64,000 nucleotides of DNA from contig JYFJ02001605.1 of the NCBI GenBank assembly GCA_000934665.2, forward strand, positions 1 through 64,000, given 5' to 3'. How positions within the stretch are numbered: position 1 is the stretch's first letter; each line of letters starts with the position of its first letter. The notes below the pieces were generated by a model. That model saw only the letters and a program-made list of their open reading frames with translations. It made no database searches and was not told where the DNA came from. Source of the stretch: Catajapyx aquilonaris (taxonomy: Eukaryota). Of this stretch, positions 10,894-23,500 are shown piece by piece. Made by a program: the position numbers and the translations under genes.

Positions 10894-12462
10894 CATTTTA
10901 TTAGTGTCTGAGGGTGAGGTAAGATTAATTCATTTTTTGTGTTGTTTTTTTTGTGGGGGAAAAACAAGGGGGTACTCACTCACAAACTAAAGTGTACACC
11001 TGCATACTGCATGCCTATGTAAGTTCCGACATGTTTAAGTTCAGACTGACGTCCTTTGTTGTCATTATAACTGCAACTTGCTTAGTAATGACAACAATGG
11101 TGATATCAATCTGAACTTTTAAAAATTGGTTTATATACCTTGCATTCTTGCACATACCCTTAGTAGAGTACACCTGCATACCTGAGTGCCCCCTTGGAAA
11201 AAATATTCATTACAGAAAAACAAAAACAAAAAAAATATTGGTGAGGTATGTAGGGTAGGGTCAGTTTGAGCTTGCAAAGGTCGGGTGGTCTGAACGGGTG
11301 TCAGGATCTTAATGCACTTGTCCACCATTGTGAATATATCTATTTATAATGTAGTAACAGAGGAATTGGAACACCACTTGAGACATGCTAATGTCAAATA
11401 ACTTAAAGGATAAATTTTGAAACATTGCATATTGAGCGTGGACTTTACAGTAGCCTGTGTTAAGGTGTTTTGTGATATACTAGAGCATTATGGGGCCACT
11501 GGTTTTGTTTGTGCCATGGCGACAGTTTTAAATACAAAGCTGATCCCATAGCACTGACCATGCATTTTAATGGGAAGTCAAAACAAGCACCTTTTTATTG
11601 TATCAAAAAAATGTCGATATTTTGTTCTGCATTGCCCTTCAACCCCTTGTCTTTCCAAATGAAAAGGAAATATTATCATGAAATGCTTGTCATTGGGGTT
11701 TAGGAAGGTGAGTGCAGGTAATTGCTTGCTGGGAAAGCAGCCCTTGTCCATGGAAATTTTTATTATTGAATCTATTGTAAAGGCAACAGTGCATTGGGTG
11801 AAGGTTAGCCACATTAGTGTCATTGCAAATTTTTTCCCCAAGGCAGTTTGTTGCACTATAATGTGTGAAAGGCCAATTAATGATAGGTAAATGGCACATT
11901 TTATGTGTGGGGCAAAAATAGTACCAGAGAGGAATGCTGTGTGGATCAACCTCAGGATTTACGCTTTTTCCATTATTTTTTTTTTTTTAATCGTGATGGC
12001 CGGCTTGCAAAAAAAAAGAAACAAAAGAAACAAAAAATTGTATTTTTTGGGGGGTAGCAATTTCATGTGCGCGGTGAATCCTGTTAATCATGTGTAGCGT
12101 ATTATGTATCATAAAAATGAAAAATGCAAGCCTTTGCCATCACTTGTAAATAATACAATATTTTTAATGACATCTAGATAATATAGTAAAAAAATATTAC
12201 ATCTAAAAACAAGAGCACCTCATTTGATGGATCTTTCTTCAGTGGAATTTTGACGACAATCACATCTTTCAGTTTGCCATAAATTTCCTTGGGTTGCATT
12301 AATTTTGTGAATGGTTATTTGACAGGCATTACATGAAATGGTAATAAGTAATAACTGACAGTGAGTGCACAAATTGTACTAGATGATTTAGCCTGGTGTT
12401 TTTAAAAAGTATAGGTTCTCATGAGCCTTGTAATGGATTGTCGGAACTTTTGTAGCATCCAA

Positions 12463-12495
<33 letters not shown>

Positions 12496-14800
12496 TTGCA
12501 CCTTCTTTGTTCACTTGATTGACAATGATCCTAGCTTAGTGAGATATGAAACTTTTGCAACAAAATACACATAACAGAAAATTTTGAAAAAAATGAAAAA
12601 AATACTAATTTTGAATGGCTCAGTAGAATACATGTACAAATGGAGGGATAATGTGGAAAAACCTGATTCATATAGATAAAAATGTGTTTAAACTGTTGGT
12701 AATATTAAGGAATGTGTACCCATTTTATATCAAATGTGGACTGAAACAGTAAAAAAAAAAAGAAAAAAAAGCGACTATAAGAAAAACAGGGTCTCATGGA
12801 GAATTTTTCACTGTATAGAAAAAATGACATTGTGAAGGATTTTTAAATGGTATGTAGGGAGTTTCCTTTCATATTGAAAAATGTAAAAAAAATATATAAT
12901 ATGAAAACTGGGAGGGAGCAATGTGTATCCGATGTGGGTACATTAATATTTTATGGTGTGTGAGTGTGTGTGTGTTTTATTTTTATTTCTCATATTCTGA
13001 AGCCATCTGCTACCTGCCATTTTGAAATGACTGTTAGCAGTGATTGGAACAGTGGTCATAGATGTGTATAGGTTATTATTTTTATTGCCATGACAACCAT
13101 GAAACAAATCCTCCCTACAAAAAAAAAAAAAAAAAAACTTTGTTCTTTACATATGTTATTGCATGATGCATTAGCCCTGTCTGTTTTGCTGCTCTGGTCT
13201 AGTTCAGTACTAGTCCTTGCATCCCCCATGGTTAATTTCCTGACTGGTTATCCCAATTATTGCCAAATGGACACACTCAGGTACATCTGGCCGATAAGGT
13301 CAGTTGTGAGATTCAAAATTGGCGGAATGAGCCTTTTATTGGCTACACTGTTTCAACCTGTCACAAAATTACGCATCTTGAACACTTGCACAAGATGTTA
13401 CAGAGTACTTCCTTGCAAATTGATCCTATATATTGAAGAATTTGCCAATGTGACTCCTCTAGAATTTAATTGCATCGTGAAAATCAATGTTGGAAATTAT
13501 ACACTATTTGCTATAATGCCTGTGCTTTTTAAATAAGGGGTCCTTTGCATTTTTACCACTGACAGAATGCGAACTACTTGGCTAGTAACCTTGGGGGCCA
13601 ACAAATTCCTTGTTTTCAATATCTCTCAGCCACCCATTTTCCCTTTTGAAATTAGCATTACCTGCATTGACCACCACTTGGATTTGGCCATACCCTGATT
13701 ACACCTTCTTGGGACTTGGTGCAAGTGGTATCAGTTCCAGACTAGTCCTGAGCACCAAATGGACACACTGCTCTAGCCAGAGCCAAAAGGCCATCTGGCT
13801 ACTCAGAACCAGTCTGGAACAGCAAAATGGACAGGGCTATTATTAGGTAGTTAATGTTGCATTTATTTAATCCCTGTCTTAATTTTTGCCTTTGAAAGTA
13901 CATTACCATTTTTTTTTTTGCAGTAGTTGTGGATTCATTAGAGCTTCTTGCAGTATTAATCATATTCAGAGACTAAGTGAACACTTATTTTCATAAATAT
14001 ATAAATATGTGTACATAGCGTCTACAATGATACTTTGTACAGACTGTTTTTCATTGTGATGGTATCTGATTTTTTTTTTCTTCTTTAGAAAAAGGTTAGT
14101 GTTGTACCAGTGTCCACATTTTTTCCACACATTTCTTACAAGGACAAAAAAAAAGGCTGAAAACACAAAAAAAAGGATATAATTATTGTGTCTGACTTTT
14201 TTCTCTTCGCTCATCTGTAAGTATGTCACGTATTGTACATTTTTTTCCTACTCGCTTTGTTTTGGGGCATGGTCCCCTCCCTTTTTGGGAATGCAAATCA
14301 TGTATGCTGTACACTTCAAATATTTTATGTCTGCAATGTGTCCAGAAGAAATAATTATGTCAAGGAAAAGTCTTACAAATGTGGCAGTATGTGGAATTAG
14401 CATATTAGTGACATGTCACTGGCAACTATGACAAAAAAAAAATGAAAAGAGGTGGTGTTGATATGTGCGAAACATTATGAAATGGCCTGATTCTTCACTT
14501 TATTTGCCTTTTTTTTCAAGATTTATTCTCTGGGTCTTGGAGAATGTGAATTTTTCATGACATTATTTTTTGTACTTGGAGAAAGATTGTGTTTACTTGG
14601 AGCAGAATGGGATATAGGGGTTATGTCAAAAGGCCTGTGAGTGAGAGATGTAAAACTGATTTTAAAAAGTCTGCAATAATGTGTGGTGCAAGGACACCCG
14701 AAGAGAATTTTTGGAACCTGCAAAAGAAAAGAAAAAAAAAAAAGGAAAGAAAACATTTCAGGACATTGGGAAAAATAAAAATTATGGTATTCAGTTTCTG
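10894..14800 (+). other. Probable long AU-rich HELZ 3'UTR
   Basis: AT-rich and non-coding; the first AATAAA I found after the stop is at 14774-14779; Pumilio-type TGTAHATA at 12145 and 14010. Confidence 0.5.
12463..12494. repeat. (ATT)n microsatellite
   Basis: Read directly from the sequence. Confidence 0.9.
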
Positions 14801-15017
14801 ATTAGGGACATGTGCTGTTTCCATGTAACCCTACTTGTCTCACTTGCACGAATTGACTGCTGACAAACACACTTTGACCCAGATGTGGCGATGTGATCAG
14901 AGCCACAGCCTTCCTCCTCAGAGCTGTTGGGCAGAGGACACACTTTTGAGAATAATTTCAACAGGTTCTCTTACACTTATCAAAATGTATCCGGATGGCA
15001 ACAATTGACAAGTCTAA

Positions 15018-15144
15018 GGGCCGGTTTCACCGAGCTTGGTATATGATAAAACCAGGTTTCTTTAGGAATATCCCATACAAATAGATAGGGATTTTGAGAA
15101 AGAACCGTGGTTTTATCATATACTGAGCTCGGTGAAACCGGCCC
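15018..15144. mobile_element. Tiny PIF/Harbinger (Tourist-like) MITE, 127 bp
   Basis: TAA TSD (15015-15017, 15145-15147); TIR GGGCCGGTTTCACCGAGCT...TATATGATAAAACC mirrored at the right end. Confidence 0.88.
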
Positions 15145-15606
15145 TAAGACATTAGGATCCCATTTTCATGAGGGGACCTATTATGTTGGGGTAGACTTGG
15201 ATAGCCAAGTTGGCTTTTGGTTCATTGAACCACCATTTGACTAGCGGGGTTCTAGGGTTGAGGTGATGCAACTAGTTCTAAATGAAGTTGGGAGCTGTTG
15301 TTCTGGACTGTCTGATATTACACTGTACAGTGCCTCAATTATGACAGCCAAGATATTTTTAGGGAAACTAGGATTAGCAATAGATGACTACTGTTCTTGG
15401 CGCAGTACCGTATTAGATGAGGGCGTCCGAATGGCCCGGTACACCCGTGGCGCCCTCTGCAAATCGAAACATTCGTACGCGCCCGTTCGAACAGAAAACA
15501 ACAACAACACTGCTAGGAGACGAAGGGATAAGTAGGTGTGCGAAGCATCTGAATGTCGAAATCTGGCTGGGATTGAATCTGCAAGGGCGTTGGCTCTCAC
15601 CTGGAG

Positions 15607-18600
15607 ATGCACCGGACCACGCTCAGGCGGATCGGGCGGGACGTGTGCCTGCTCCAGAGGCCGCCCAACTTAATCGCATGGACCAGGCTCATCGGTGGGT
15701 ACCGCAAACTAGGATTAAGCAGACACGGTTACATTTCCTAGCCGTGCTTCACTTATGATCCGTGTGTTCTTTACAGAAGTGTTCCTATTCTCATTATAGG
15801 GTTGGTGTCTCTTGGGATAGGTGCACTCATGTCGGATACAGCAGGTGCAGTACATAACTTCTTTTTACCTGATTATATGTGCTTGTTTCAGTGTAATGTT
15901 GGATATAAGCCACCAATAAAATTAAAATACATATTTTATTTATTAGATGGGAATCAGTGGGTGAAGATGAGCGCCAACTGCTTCCATTAAGTCAGTTGAC
16001 ACATAATTTCGTGTATGTTATTGACAATATCTGTTATACAAATAGTAGAGATTCCTACTCGATGCAATGCAACATGCATTTCGATTTTCGTGTGGTGATT
16101 TTTTAATAAATTACCACACGAAAACCTGGTTGCTTGGCTAACAGTGAATCCAGAACAAGTTGTTGATCCTTTTTAATTGTTGATAATCATCACCATCACG
16201 ACATTTCCCATATAAGGGGTAGTCAGCGATGATGGGACGAGCTGCAAGCTAACCCAACATGTCAATAACAATATTATACGCAAAGAATAGCAAAGATTCA
16301 CTTGGACGTAGGCTGCTATTGATCATGCAACTCACCCTGAAAAGCAATTTCATTGATGCTTGTTTAGTACCTTCAAATAATTTTGTGATGAGAGATGCAA
16401 AAAGTCGACTTTTGCAAGCTTTTGCAGTCCTTCATGATATTTATAGCAGTGTTGTAACACCTTGTGTTACATATAGCTCATTTGTCAGATTTGTGCTAGT
16501 TGTGGTTTACCTCGATGCTAGTCACAATGTTTATTTGCAGATATCACCCATTGTTGACTCTGAGATCCCTCCATCCCAAACTAATTTCTTTTCCAAATCT
16601 AGAGAACTTCCTCATGAAGTTGGCTGTCCTTCTTGGTACTTCTGCTGTTGGTGTCTTCCTTCTTGGCCACTGGGAAGAATGTGAGGCTGATCGTAGAACC
16701 AAAATGATCTACCTTAGGAAGTTCAACTGGTTCAACAAGCTGAGGGGAGACAAGACGCCAAGAGGAGGCCAGCAGAGCGAGATTCCTACAGAGGATGTGG
16801 CAGATGTGCAGGTGCAGGGTCCATCTGGTCAGGCATCAAACCTACCTGTTTTGGTGGCATTGTTACAATCAGGAGATGTGGTGCCACTTCTGGAGCCTTC
16901 GATTGAAGAGACACCTCTGTCAGTATATGTTATAAGCTCATACATTTTATCAGAAGAATTTACCAGCCAGACATGAAAAGCAATATCAATAACATAATAT
17001 ATTATACTGTATCATGTTATTGATATTGCTTTTCTTGTCATGTTGTTGCTCCACAGTATCATTTCATATAGGATTTGCCTCAGAAAGAACTAGTGTGACG
17101 GTTGACCTACAGATTAGTGGGCTTCTACTTTCCAAATTGCTTTCCATGTCAGTCGGACTTACTGTTAGTGGATTTCTGTTGTATGCCCATGATATATTAA
17201 TACATCCCACACATGAAACTGACTGGCAAAGTCTCCTGATGCAAGATGTGCGAAGATAAATTATTATGTACAGTGCAGCATCGATTATCCGAACAGAGTC
17301 TGCCCAGAGGGTGTTCGGATAACTGATTGTTCGGATAACCGATCATTTTGTGGAAAAAAATTGTACCGTTGTCGTAGGCGCAATATGAAACTAAGAAACA
17401 GTGATATTAACCACAAAACTGTATATTTTCTGTCACAGGCATGCCCTTAAAATACTGTACATATACAGGGTGGGGTAAAAGTCATGGGCTGGTTTAAACG
17501 ACGCAGCATGGCGTAAGTAACGAACTATTATATTTTCATAAAATTGCACTACACAGAGAAAGATCTGCCATTTATGGATCAAGGTCCAAAAAAGTCACTT
17601 CTTGAAAACAACACCAGAGAGATGTCCACCTTTGCGGGCAACACCCCGCCAGACAAAACCCTTCATAACGCGCTGCAGCATGTCCAGGGAAATGTTTCTC
17701 ACGGCGTGTCTTATCTGATCCTTAAGATCAGCCAATGACTGAGGACGTGTGGCGAACACCAAACTCTTCAGGTACCCCCACAAGAAGAAGTCGGGGGTGG
17801 TCAAATCCGGCGGCCGCGACGGCCAAGGAATGTCCCCAAATCTCGAAATGACCCTCCCAGGAAACACTTGACTTTTAATTTGTTCCGTGTTCGCCACACG
17901 TCCTCAGTCATTGGTTGATCATAAGGATCAGATAAGACACGCTGTGAGAAACATTTCCCTGGACATGCTGGAGTGCGTTATGAAGGGTTTCGTCCGGCGT
18001 TTGGAGGAATATATGTTGCCCGCAAAGGTGGACATCTATCCGGTGTTGTTTTCAAGAAGTGACTTTTTTTGACCTTGATCCATAAATGGTATATCTTTCT
18101 CAGTGTAGTGCAATTTTTAAAAAATACAATTATTTGTTACTTACGCCATGCTGCTTCGTTTAAACCACCCCATGACATTTGCCCCACCCTGTACCTTACT
18201 GTCCTTACATGAAGTAGTCCTACAGTTTAGGGGGGAAAAGGCGTTTTTTTTTCTTCTTCTTTCTTTTCTTTCTTTTTTCTTTTTTTTTCTTTCTTTGCTG
18301 ACCCGAAAACGTTCGGTTAACCATTGGTTCAGTTGATCGGTGTTCGAATAATCGTTGCTCCACTGTATTGTAATTTTAATTTTTGTAAATTTGTTTTACT
18401 CAATATGCTCCAACTGAACTAACCAAAGGAAATTTATTTTTATTTAAAGGAGTATATTTTTCAGTGTTCTCTCTAAACATTGGTGCACTTGCCCCACTGG
18501 AAACTGAATTTTAAAATGTTTTTGTTATGGAAGCCCCTTCTTGCTCAGGGAGCCTCCACCACACATTTAACCACTTTGCCAAGTGAGAACTTTCCAGCCA

Positions 18601-19432
18601 GAGTATTTTTATTGCATGGTCAAAGAAGTAGACGCTGCTTACAAAAGCTCCATTTACAAAACTGGTAAGGACAAAGGTCACATGCAGGCGCTGGGCCAGG
18701 GGGGATGAGTGCAAGGCCTGCACACAACTTTTGTACTTGTCAGTTTTAAGACCTCCCATGTAAAACTCAACAGTGGCATAAATTATGACCCATGCAATGT
18801 AAGAAAAATGCACATCTTTTGGCCTGGGAGGTTTTGACACATTCCCTTTAGTCCTGACCTTACAACCAGTGACTTCTAACTCGGTTATCCCTGAAAAAAT
18901 GATCTGGCTGGAAAGTTATTGGAAGAAGAGGGGAAAGTTGCAGTCGTGGCTCCATGTGCAAGGAATGGCTTCCCCTCTCCAAGGGTCTTGAAAACTTAGT
19001 CGTCTGGTGGAACAGGTGCATTATTGTATCTAGAGAACATCATGAAAAATGGCAAGTATGGTGTAATTTCATTTGACTATTTCAGTTGAATCATTTTCAT
19101 TAAAATACATTTAAAAAATTAAAATCACAGTTCATAAGGATTTGTTCTGTCACTGTCTGATTTTAGATCTTTCCGAACATTTGGCATTTTTATTGTTATT
19201 ATTGCTGTTGCACAGGGAATTGCATGATTTTGCGGACCTCTTGAAGGGCTTCCTTAAGCTGAATCGCGTGGAGACTGTAACCAATTCTGGGGACGACTCC
19301 ACTTCTGAGGAAGATTTCCAGGAAGCTTCACAACATGTGGGACCAAGCAATCCAGGCAGCATCAACCAAGAGCGAGAAAGTGACCTGCTTACCACCCGTG
19401 AAACCATCAAATTGTTGTCTGATGATAACTGA
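15607..19432 (+). CDS. CYBC1: CYBC1/EROS-like (cytochrome b-245 chaperone 1) membrane protein, 221 aa; join(15607..15694,15800..15844,16603..16918,19216..19432)
   Basis: GT-AG introns in phases 1,1,2 give 666 nt in frame. Colinear similarity to the human EROS sequence as I remember it: LLQRPPNLIAWTRLIG/LHLKRAPGIRSWSLLVG; GLVSLG/GILSIG; KL...GHWEECEAD...LRKFNWFNKL/KL...EDWEEAIFD...LKTFSLYKKL; EDVADVQV/HDVRDVSV; LQSGDVVPL/LATGFSYPL; ADLLKGFLKL/AKLITSFLEL; acidic tail. The exon 2 donor (GTGCAG) is weak. Confidence 0.78.
17271..18365. mobile_element. Tigger/pogo-like MITE (outer element of a nest)
   Basis: TA|CAGTGCAGCATCGATTATCCGAAC ... GTTCGAATAATCGTTGCTCCACTG|TA; GTTCGGATAAC subterminal repeats. 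Confidence 0.8.
17466..18191 (-). mobile_element. Deleted Tc1/mariner element with ~300-bp inverted arms and a transposase C-terminal remnant
   Basis: TA|CAGGGTGGGG...CCCCACCCTG|TA; minus-strand 17595-17897 encodes FPGRVISRFGDIPWPSRPPDLTTPDFFLWGYLKSLVF, matching the WPxxSPDLxPxDFFLWG transposase motif. Confidence 0.9.
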
Positions 19433-19637
19433 ATCTTTAAAATCCACCCCCAAACAAACATTAACAAACTTGCAGATCATTAAGTGAGATGACATATATT
19501 TTGCAATGTAGGATAGACTATTTTTGTTATGTTAACATGAAGAGTTTAGCACGTTTTATGTTTAAAAAGACTGACCCTTGTTGATTGAAGTGAATATATT
19601 CACCAAATTTAAATTTTCTATATACTGTTATTGTTAT

Positions 19638-19643
19638 AATAAA
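19638..19643 (+). terminator. Polyadenylation signal of the CYBC1-like gene
   Basis: AATAAA ~205 nt after the TGA, followed by GT-rich sequence. Confidence 0.55.
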
Positions 19644-20529
19644 AGTATAAATATCCAGATGGTTGTTTCAATTGTTGGGACACTTTCACCTTTCTCTGGT
19701 CTGGCCAGGGTGAGGGGGTAACAACTTCGTGGGACCGGTGTACATGGACCCTGTGGAACTGGCCTGGAACCGGTGTACACTATTTTGGGAAGTGGTTACC
19801 CCGTTGGGCTAGTGGCATAACCACTACTTTGAAACACCAGTGAGCCCTCCCTGAGCAATATAAAGTGTAATAATAGCGAGACAATAATATACAAGTCTAT
19901 CAGATTTCAGGCATGCCTTTGAGTTGGAATTAAACTTGGGTGGCATCATAGTTCATTATGAAGGTATTCAGGGGTGTTTATATTCAGCCTCTCCTGCTCC
20001 ACATGGTAGCCATGTAGAGATCCTATGCCTCTACAGACAGCAGACTGTGTTTTATTTTTAATTAAAATATTATTAGGGTTACGACAGCATAGCGCTGTAC
20101 CTTTATCTATGGTACGGTAGTAAATCAACCCATGCACTAAAGCGCGGCTAAAGGTTACAAGCAGCTTGGTCACAATTTTTTTTTCAAGTGGTGGTGAGAG
20201 ATGCAGACATGAGGGATGGGTTTGTTCTCCAGTTACTTCATGTTCAATTGGACTGTCAAGTCCTTCTGAAGATTTCTATTTAAAATATCCGCATTTTGTG
20301 GGGAAGTGATTCGAGAAAGGTTGTCAGGCAAAGGTTGTGCAATATGGTGGGTCGAGAAAGTGTGATGAGTGTGCTGTTTCTGTGATCGTGACGGTCGTGG
20401 CTGGATTTCTGCACAATCACCACGTTTGTGGCCCACTGTTGGAAACCTTTGCGTTATTGGAGGTTTTTGGATGTGAATTTTCCTTTTGTTCCACTCGGAA
20501 GTGGTTGCGCGATCCTGTCAACTATTCAA

Positions 20530-20551
20530 ATGGCGGAATCGAGGCTTCAAG
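20530..20551 (+). CDS. Candidate first coding exon (MAESRLQ + 1 nt) of an unidentified gene
   Basis: TCAAATGG start context and consensus donor AAG|GTAAGT; no downstream exon identified. Confidence 0.35.
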
Positions 20552-23500
20552 GTAAGTTATTCCCCTTTGTTGATCGGATATGGACGTGAATGCCATAGAA
20601 AGTGACTCAGCGGGCAATTAGTACCAGGTAATTATTACGTGTAGCTTCATTAAAGGGACGGTAGGAAACGACAGTTACGCCAGCAAAACATGGAAACAAA
20701 TGTCGCCATTGCCCATTTGAAATGTCTCTCTCAAATTCGCATAGTTTACTCTCCACATGTGCGCAGGTTGCAGTACACGGTCCTTGATCCTGCGACCTAG
20801 TTTTCTTTAGCCCTGACATTAAATCCACTAGCCTGTTATCAAATTAATGCAGATCATATGGGGCTATATTTAGCACTTCCTCATTCCAGTTAAATGAACC
20901 AGGGCACCATTTCGATGCGGTAGTAATGCAGTGTAATGCCGCATAGTTTTGGTTACCCGCATAATTATTGTGAAATACATTGTTCTACATATGATTATTA
21001 TTGGTGTGGTAGGAGTCTATAGGTACGGCATGAAGCAGAGCTTGTGTGAGGCAGCCACATGTAGCACTGTAATAGGTGTATCAGCATAAATCAGTGTGTG
21101 ACACCATATAGATTGTAACATTTGTAACAGTGCTCGCATGTCATTTAGTTAGATAATTCGGATAGTGTCAGGTCTTCTAGAAAATGTCACATGAGCTCAA
21201 CAACACTGACGGAATGGCGAAAAAAAATGTTCATCTGTAGCGCGCCAGGATATTCAAATTATAAATAATTCTGCCGTACTAATCTCACGTGATTATTATC
21301 ACGGGTGCAAACAACAATCAGCCAGGCTCGTAACCACTCCGATACATGCGGGATTGTCCCCTCCATAAATTAGCTTTAGTAGTAAACTAGTAGTAAATAC
21401 GTGCATACCTCACGTAAACATACGTTAAACCACTGCAAACATATTGGTCTACTCCTACACTTGGGCAATAGGTCACCGTTTTATCTTACAGTGAGTGCGA
21501 AAAAAGTACCATCCATTACACTAGATGCACGCTCGAGGCAAGTGCCGGAGGGCAATTCTACGCGATATCTGAAAAATAGTGTCGATTTGCAAAGTGCACA
21601 ATTTGGATATTGCCAGACGTATAAATATCCCTAGGAGGAGTGCGATAAACCGGACCGTTTCCCACAATCCCCCTCAGTTTGAACATGGTACCACCTGTCA
21701 CTCATCAATCACAAGAGCGCGCTTCAAATTATAGATAATGGAAGCCAAATGGCCCGCGCTGTCCCCTCCGCCTTCCCCCACATTCCCCCCCTATGAAACA
21801 CCGTGTAAAATATCGTCACGGAATCCTGGCCAATTTGATTCCTCCTTGTGCCTTCCCTTCCTGAACCATGAGTGTTGCTTGGTACGGATCCTGGATAATT
21901 ATTGGAAAATTAACTTTTGGACTGTAGGGAACAGTCACCCGGTACTTTTTCGTGTCCAGCTCAACTCCAGTAGATCATATCCCAACCGACGTGTAACCCA
22001 CTTAAATGTGGTGTATCTACTTCCTTCGGAGCACAAATTCACTTTGCAGAGGGTTAGATTAACTTGTCAGGCACCGTATCACGCAGTTACTTACGCACAC
22101 ATAATTAGGAGATAATGAGAGGAAAAAACTTTGGGAATGGATGTTAAGCATGCATTTAATCAGCATAAAGGGGGAGAGCACATGAAACGGATCGCACGGT
22201 AATTAAAAAGTTGGCTGGTGAAATTATGCCTTCTGCTCGGTGAGGATCATGTCACACACGTTTGGCGAGTGTATGCCCATATGTCTCGAAAAGGGCTGGA
22301 CGGGTTTTAATTTGGGATAAAAATATTTGGAATTTATGGTTACTCATTTGCATTTAAATGGTTGCTTTTTTGCTTATTGCAGTTGTAAAATTTATTTTTG
22401 TATACGATATGGTCTATCATTTGATGTGTCAAGCATCAGTGTCAAATATACAGATTGGCCAAAATAATATTTGAAAATATAGCATCTAAAATTAGAGCAA
22501 TTTTTGACGGTTTTATGCTTTATGCACAACTAAGTAACACTGTACAGTACCTATTTATTCCCATGGTGAAACTTCAACTGTTACTGTAATATTTGCACAT
22601 GCCGACATATGCTTCACACGACTGAATATTACATACTGTACAAGCTGTGTAGGAATATGCAATGTCAGCCAGGGTATAGTGATCAAAGTAATAGTATTGG
22701 ATGCTGTCACTTTTTCACTGGCAGGACAAAAAGGTTTTGCTGTACCCCCATCGTAATTTGGTGTACGAGGGAGTATGGAAAAGAGGACTGTCCAAATAAC
22801 TCTCCCACCTCATAAACGTAATTAAATTTCCACACTCCTCATCATACTTCCTTAATCAAATTTGACTAGAGCCCTCCTTTTCGTACAGGAATGTGTTTTG
22901 ACAGAGGCGACAACATGAAATAATAATATCCCCTTTTGAAGTGCCGCAAGCGAAATTTTATTTATTCATACAACAAAAATGGACCCTACAGAGCTGTTAT
23001 TGATGTGAAATCCCCTTGTTCAAATATTCTAGCTGTTACAATGACTGTCTCTCATCAACCTCCCAACCACAACGACACCCGTGTGAACCAAGCTTGTTCT
23101 TGTCCACTCAGGTTGGTCAGAAGCACAGACCCCAGGTCTCTCTCTTTCAACATCCCAACCCAAAATCTCAGCAGTCAGATTTATCTCCACATGCCTCGAA
23201 ACTAGTGACTCAACCCCCATATCTCTCCAGCCAGCCATATTTTCCTTCGAGTTTGTCCACAGGCCTCTCTGCCACCCATTGTAAGGACGAGCACGTAACA
23301 TGAGTTGTGTAGCATTTTTCCTCCCCTCCTTCCCTTCCCTTCCCTCCAGTTCTTTTCCTTCCTTCCTCCACCCTCCTTTTCCTGCTTCCATGATGCAGCA
23401 GGATAAGTCCCATTTCCCCATGGCCCTTTATTTATCTCCCCCCTTTTCCCTCCACCTCCTAGGATCGGACGCAGGCGGGCAGTAGAATCCCCCTCCTTCC

